Source: an uncultured Gammaproteobacteria bacterium
GTDB lineage: Bacteria; Pseudomonadota; Gammaproteobacteria; JAURND01
Direction of reading: 5' to 3'
DNA length: 64,000 nucleotides
Assembly (NCBI GenBank): GCA_963797335.1
Contig: CAWCOU010000006.1
Span: forward strand, 250,613-314,612
Shown here: one piece after another, positions 59,354-64,000 of the stretch
How positions within the stretch are numbered: the stretch's first letter is position 1
How the letters are laid out: each line of letters starts with the position of its first letter
The notes under the pieces: generated by a model
The model's database searches: none
What the model was told of the DNA's origin: nothing
The model's input: the letters and a program-made list of their open reading frames with translations, nothing else
Position numbers and translations under genes: made by a program

Positions 59354-60943
59354 TTATTGTCTATCTAAACTGACCCCATGAATCACCGATGATTTACTAG
59401 CATTAGGATCATTTTTTTTAGCGGCTATTTTTTCTTTTAAATCACCAAAAAATCGTTGGCTCGTATCGTAAGGAACAGCCGGCATCTCATCCAAATTACT
59501 GATAATAAAATAATGCTTAGCTGCCAACGATTGTAAAGCCGGATCTTGAGGATAGGATAATAACAGCGGAATAAACAACGATTGGCCAATAATCGCACGG
59601 CGACTATTATCTGCCGGCCCCATCCCCCAAATATTCTGATACGTCATCACCCCTTCGTCAGCAGGCGCATGGTTTTTATTAGCCTGTGGAAAATGCCCTA
59701 CATACAGGAATATATGACCGCCGATATAGGCAATCGTCATCAGCGGATGACCTTTAGTCACCAATTGATGAATGCGTTCCGCAGGTGCTGCGGCAGCTGC
59801 ATCATAAGTACGGCCCACAAACGCCTGGTCAGAGGAGTTCCGCGGCAACCAAATTCCAAATGGCAGAAATAAGGATTTCAGTTCTGCCGAACAATCGTTA
59901 TACGAATACAAATTCCCCCAGCCATAAGGGCGGTTCTGCAGATGGGTAATTAATTTGGCAAAGTTGACAGGGGTAGCCGCCAACGGCATCAACTCCGCCG
60001 ATTGTCGTTCAATCAAACCTTCCTGGATTTCGGCTTGACCATCGCTGTTTCTAAATGGGAACCAGACCCGATAATATGAGTCTTCCATTTTGATGAGTGG
60101 TAACATCGCGCCCATATACATGGAAAACTGATAGCTTTTACTGCGCCTATTCAGCACAGGCGTGTCTATGGCAGTAATAGCCACTAAGTTCTTTTTCGCG
60201 GCTTTTTGCCAGCGAGAAATAAAGCGACGATTCACCTTGGCTAAGGTATTGGCTTCTACCCAACCGCTTTCCGCGGGAGAAGCCACCAATGCCCAACGCT
60301 GATCTTTGCTGTAAGCAAAGATATAAACCGGCGTTCCTGCCCACAGCATGGAGACTTGTAAATTATCAAACGGATAACCTTGCCCGGCTATTTGATAACT
60401 GTAAAAATTCACATCGTTGGTAGGCAATGCCCGAACCGAACTGTTTTGCGTCATAATGGCGCGGCGATCTTCGGAAAATTCCAGTGCTTGTTTCAATCCA
60501 TCCAGCTGCATATTATCGGCAATTTTCCGAATCCACTCGGGTGGATAGGCTCGAAAATTTTCACCGTAACTTATATGGGCAGCGTCTTTATTACTATTAT
60601 TAAATTCATCGATGACCAGCGACTCAAATTCCACCAAGCCGGGTTGTTGTTTTAAAATCGATTGAATAAAATTCCCATCCCACGGCGAGGCAGCATTTTT
60701 TCCGGTCGCAAACACATGCCGGTATAATTCTTGCATGCGTAATTTTTGCAACTTGGTGCTGAGCAGTGACTGATGGTAATTAGCAGCCGTCGGTGGCAGC
60801 CAGGTATTGACGTGCTGGTCGTATTGTTCTATTGGAAAAAAGGTAATCGGCAACGTTGCCGCCGAATCAGACATATTGGCTGCCATAAAAAATCCTCCCC
60901 CCATGAGAAATTGAATGATCCTTCGCTTAAGCCGTTTTAGCAT
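59354..60943 (-). CDS. NlpC/P60 cell-wall peptidase with SH3-like domains
   Basis: VRALPT, GQGYPFDNLQVS, PYGWGNLYSYNDCSA (catalytic Cys), LPRNSSDQ, GHIFLYVG (catalytic His). Confidence 0.88.
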   Translation of the reverse strand: MLKRLKRRIIQFLMGGGFFMAANMSDSAATLPITFFPIEQYDQHVNTWLPPTAANYHQSLLSTKLQKLRMQELYRHVFATGKNAASPWDGNFIQSILKQQPGLVEFESLVIDEFNNSNKDAAHISYGENFRAYPPEWIRKIADNMQLDGLKQALEFSEDRRAIMTQNSSVRALPTNDVNFYSYQIAGQGYPFDNLQVSMLWAGTPVYIFAYSKDQRWALVASPAESGWVEANTLAKVNRRFISRWQKAAKKNLVAITAIDTPVLNRRSKSYQFSMYMGAMLPLIKMEDSYYRVWFPFRNSDGQAEIQEGLIERQSAELMPLAATPVNFAKLITHLQNRPYGWGNLYSYNDCSAELKSLFLPFGIWLPRNSSDQAFVGRTYDAAAAAPAERIHQLVTKGHPLMTIAYIGGHIFLYVGHFPQANKNHAPADEGVMTYQNIWGMGPADNSRRAIIGQSLFIPLLLSYPQDPALQSLAAKHYFIISNLDEMPAVPYDTSQRFFGDLKEKIAAKKNDPNASKSSVIHGVSLDRQ

Positions 60944-60953
60944 GCACGATTTT

Positions 60954-62624
60954 TTATTTTAGTTTTTTATATTTCATTCGATGCGGTTGCTTCGCTTGCT
61001 CACCTAAGCGGCGCAGCCGATCTTCCTCGTATTCCGTGTAATTACCCGCAAAGAACGTCACGCTGCTATCACCCTCAAAAGCCAGAATATGGGTGGCGAT
61101 ACGATCTAAGAACCAACGATCGTGAGAAATGACCATGGCATTACCAGGGAAGCTCAAAATCGCTTCTTCCAAAGCACGTAAAGTTTCCACATCCAAATCA
61201 TTGGTCGGTTCATCTAACAATAACACATTACCGCCTTTACTGAGCAGTTTCGCCAAATGCACGCGATTGCGCTCACCGCCCGACAAATCTTTAATAAATT
61301 TCTGCTGATCCGGGCCCTTAAAATTAAATCGTCCGACATAACTGCGGGACTGAACCTGATAACCGTTAATGGTCATGATATCCTGTTCATTCGATACTTC
61401 TTGCCACACCGTCTTGCTGCCATCCAAGGAGTCACGGCTCTGGTCGACGTACGCTAAGTGAACGGTATCGCCAATGCGTATAGTACCACTATCAGCCGAC
61501 TCTATCCCCAAGAGCATTTTGAACAAGGTAGACTTACCGGCGCCATTCGGCCCGATAATCCCGATAATAGCACCTGCCGGCATGATAAAGCTTAAGTTTT
61601 CAAAGATGACACGATCGCCAAACCGTTTGCTGAGGCTCTCCACTTCAATCACCAAGCTCCCCAGCCGAGGCCCAGGCGGAATATACAACTCCTGGGTTTC
61701 ACTGCGCTTTTGGAATTCGCGCGAGTTCATTTCTTCAAAACGGGCAATACGCGCCTTGCTTTTGGCATGGCGTCCTTTCGGGTTGGTGCGTATCCACTCC
61801 AATTCTGCCGCCAATGCTTTATGATGCGCTTCTTGCTGGCGGCCTTCTTGTTCTAAACGGGTGGTTTTTTGATCCATCCAGGCCGAATAATTACCTTCGT
61901 AGGGAATGCCAGCACCGCGGTCTAATTCCAAAATCCAGCCAGCGGCATTATCGAGAAAATAGCGATCATGGGTGACCGCCACTACCGTCCCAGGGTATTC
62001 GTGCAAAAACCTTTCCAACCAGGCGATGCTTTCGGCATCCAGATGGTTAGTCGGTTCATCCAATAGCAGCATATCGGGCTTGGCTAATAATAATCGGCAC
62101 AAAGCCACCCGTCGGCGTTCGCCTCCCGAGAGTTTACTCACATCTGCCTCCCATGGCGGTAACCGTAATGCATCGGCAGCAATTTCCAGCTTGTGATCCA
62201 ATTCCCATAAGCCCGCGGCATCGATCTTTTGCTGTAGCTCGCCTTGCTCATCCAGCAATCGAGTCATCTCGTCCTCGTCCATTGGGTCAGCAAACCTGGC
62301 ATTGATGGCATTAAACCGGCTTAGCAGCGCCATATCGTCGCCCATGCCTTCCTCGATATTCTCACGCACCGATTTGTGAGGGTCTAGTTGAGGTTCTTGG
62401 GGTAGATAACCGATCTTAGTGCCTGGCTGCGGGCGGGCCTCCCCCTCGTATTCCTTATCGATACCGGCCATAATCTTCAATAAAGTCGATTTTCCTGCGC
62501 CGTTTAGCCCCAATACGCCGATTTTGGCGCCTGGGTAAAACGATAACCAGATGTTTTTTAAGATTTCGCGTTTGGGTGGAACGATTTTCCCGACGGCTTG
62601 CATGGTAAAAATATATTGTGGCAT
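60954..62624 (-). CDS. ettA: Energy-dependent translational throttle protein
   Basis: QYIFTM..VGKIVPPKREILKNI.LSFYPGAKIGVLGLNGAGKS, ELEWIRTNPKGRHAKSKAR, C-terminal PHRMKYK. Confidence 0.96.
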   Translation of the reverse strand: MPQYIFTMQAVGKIVPPKREILKNIWLSFYPGAKIGVLGLNGAGKSTLLKIMAGIDKEYEGEARPQPGTKIGYLPQEPQLDPHKSVRENIEEGMGDDMALLSRFNAINARFADPMDEDEMTRLLDEQGELQQKIDAAGLWELDHKLEIAADALRLPPWEADVSKLSGGERRRVALCRLLLAKPDMLLLDEPTNHLDAESIAWLERFLHEYPGTVVAVTHDRYFLDNAAGWILELDRGAGIPYEGNYSAWMDQKTTRLEQEGRQQEAHHKALAAELEWIRTNPKGRHAKSKARIARFEEMNSREFQKRSETQELYIPPGPRLGSLVIEVESLSKRFGDRVIFENLSFIMPAGAIIGIIGPNGAGKSTLFKMLLGIESADSGTIRIGDTVHLAYVDQSRDSLDGSKTVWQEVSNEQDIMTINGYQVQSRSYVGRFNFKGPDQQKFIKDLSGGERNRVHLAKLLSKGGNVLLLDEPTNDLDVETLRALEEAILSFPGNAMVISHDRWFLDRIATHILAFEGDSSVTFFAGNYTEYEEDRLRRLGEQAKQPHRMKYKKLK

Positions 62625-62957
62625 AGCGTTTTCTTTTTAGTGGCGTAAAAATGAAAGGTGTTCTCTCCCTATCATGACAGCTTAGACTACCCCCGTTAGA
62701 ATACCGAGACCTCGTAGGACAATCCGTTTTAAAGAAATTATCTTCTAAAATCGTGATCTAATTCAATCATTTTCTACGCCGCTATCTCCCGAGGGGCCGG
62801 CGTTCAACTTTTAGCCATCATTATGTAATGACTTTTCCGAGCAAATAAACAATAATTACCGCCATACGCTCGCAATGACGGGTACGAAAATGCTTAAAAA
62901 AATCTTATATTAGTCTCAATTCCAAACGTGTAGAGCCCCGCTTAGGTATTAAAGAAG

Positions 62958-64000
62958 ATGAAATACGAAGACTTGAAAGAAACCCCTGAAACAAAGAAAA
63001 AAAAACCTGCCGAATCAATAACGTTCCCAGATTTAACTTCATTGCACCTCTTCGAGGCAGCTAAAGAATACTTTCTTGCCTTAGAAGACCCCAGAAGAGC
63101 TGGCGAAGAAAAGGAAAAATCCGAGAAATTAAGTCAACTTCTCACCCAAACTCAAGAAATTGATTGGGACACAACCAGTAATGGAATGACACTCGCTTAT
63201 CTTGCCGCTCTATTAAATTTTAAAGGGAAACCTGCACTTTTTAACAGATTTCTAGAATCTATTAGTGACAAAATTAATTGGCACGCTGGCCCTTCAGATA
63301 AAGAGGACCCATTTTTTGGAGTAACTTTGCACTATTGGGCTGTTTACTTTGCCATGAATGACGATCCAAGGCTTTTCACTCAACTGCTAAAATCCCCTGC
63401 TAGTTCGAATAATTGGGATGCAGCACCTGAAAATCCAAAAAATTTCTTATGGGGAGTAACTACCGCTTATTTGGGTTTTCTCTTATTTCCATCAGACCTT
63501 AAATCAAGCTTCATCACCCACCTCTCAAAATTACCAGCCAAACTCATTGATTGGAATGCAGGCCCTAAAAATGAAAATCATGAATCCAACGGTGCAAGTT
63601 TAGCTTATTGGAGTCTTGATGCTTCAGATCCAAGAATTACAACTAAATTTCTGGAAACTCCAGCTGATAAAATTGATTGGAACGCCGGTCCTAAAAATAA
63701 AAAGTCTCTTTACTATGGGGATACTGTTGCTTACAAGGCAATTCGATTAGCCAGTGAAGGGGACTCTAGAGCTTTAAATAAGTTCTTAGAGCTACCAGCT
63801 AACAGGATTGATTGGAACGGAGGTCCTTGGGATGAAAAACATCCGAATTTCGGTGTAACTGTGGCTTATGAAGCATTTGAGTTAAGCAAACAAGGAAACT
63901 CTAGTGTTTTAAATAAGCTTTTAGAATTACCCGCTAACGAGATTGATTGGAACGCAGGCCCTAAAAATGAAAAACATCCCGATTGCGGCGTGACTTTGGC
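62958..64000 (+). CDS. Tandem ~45-aa ankyrin-like repeat protein, partial (runs off window end; absent from ORF track)
   Basis: Open frame from ATG 62958 to the window end: MKYEDLKETPETKKKKP... with at least 7 units of IDWNAGPxNxxxxxxGxTxAY...LNKFLELPAxx. Confidence 0.85.
   Translation, partial: MKYEDLKETPETKKKKPAESITFPDLTSLHLFEAAKEYFLALEDPRRAGEEKEKSEKLSQLLTQTQEIDWDTTSNGMTLAYLAALLNFKGKPALFNRFLESISDKINWHAGPSDKEDPFFGVTLHYWAVYFAMNDDPRLFTQLLKSPASSNNWDAAPENPKNFLWGVTTAYLGFLLFPSDLKSSFITHLSKLPAKLIDWNAGPKNENHESNGASLAYWSLDASDPRITTKFLETPADKIDWNAGPKNKKSLYYGDTVAYKAIRLASEGDSRALNKFLELPANRIDWNGGPWDEKHPNFGVTVAYEAFELSKQGNSSVLNKLLELPANEIDWNAGPKNEKHPDCGVTL

Noticed and set aside
62893-62925. PmrA-like box upstream of the repeat protein (CTTAA-N6-CTTAT)
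   Set aside because: Second half-site is imperfect and there is no -10 at the 11-bp spacing seen in the other three cases

Overview
Chromosomal window from a Gammaproteobacterium that is probably Legionellales/Coxiellales-like and host-associated. This is inferred from a DotU/IcmH homologue, several Sel1-repeat and ankyrin-like proteins, and PmrA-like promoter boxes. Housekeeping blocks are mutM, pgl, pncC-cmk-rpsA-lapA-corC-lnt, gcvR-bcp, dnaG-rpoD-tRNA-Ile2, uup and ettA. They alternate with a 10-gene surface-polysaccharide cluster (15.8-26.8 kb), an AT-rich islet at tRNA-Phe, and a mosaic accessory region (about 35.8-51 kb) ending at tRNA-Ile2. Main points of interest: (i) a translationally coupled operon of a cNMP-binding patatin phospholipase and a membrane sensor class III cyclase; (ii) a tandemly amplified [membrane protein + novel-domain Sel1 protein] cassette whose junctions carry fragments of the neighbouring aldo-keto reductase gene, one of which supplies a stop codon in antisense; (iii) an unannotated protein with a ~45-aa ankyrin-like repeat at the right edge; (iv) a NadD-like/IQ-motif gene remnant; (v) consistent PmrA-like and Pho-like promoter architectures upstream of candidate effectors; (vi) at least five families of palindromic repeats that show nesting, end-stuttering and recruitment into protein C-termini. 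rpsA carries three apparent +1 insertions, most likely sequencing error. No CRISPR array, integrase or transposase was seen. All family assignments come from reading motifs by eye; no database searches were run.
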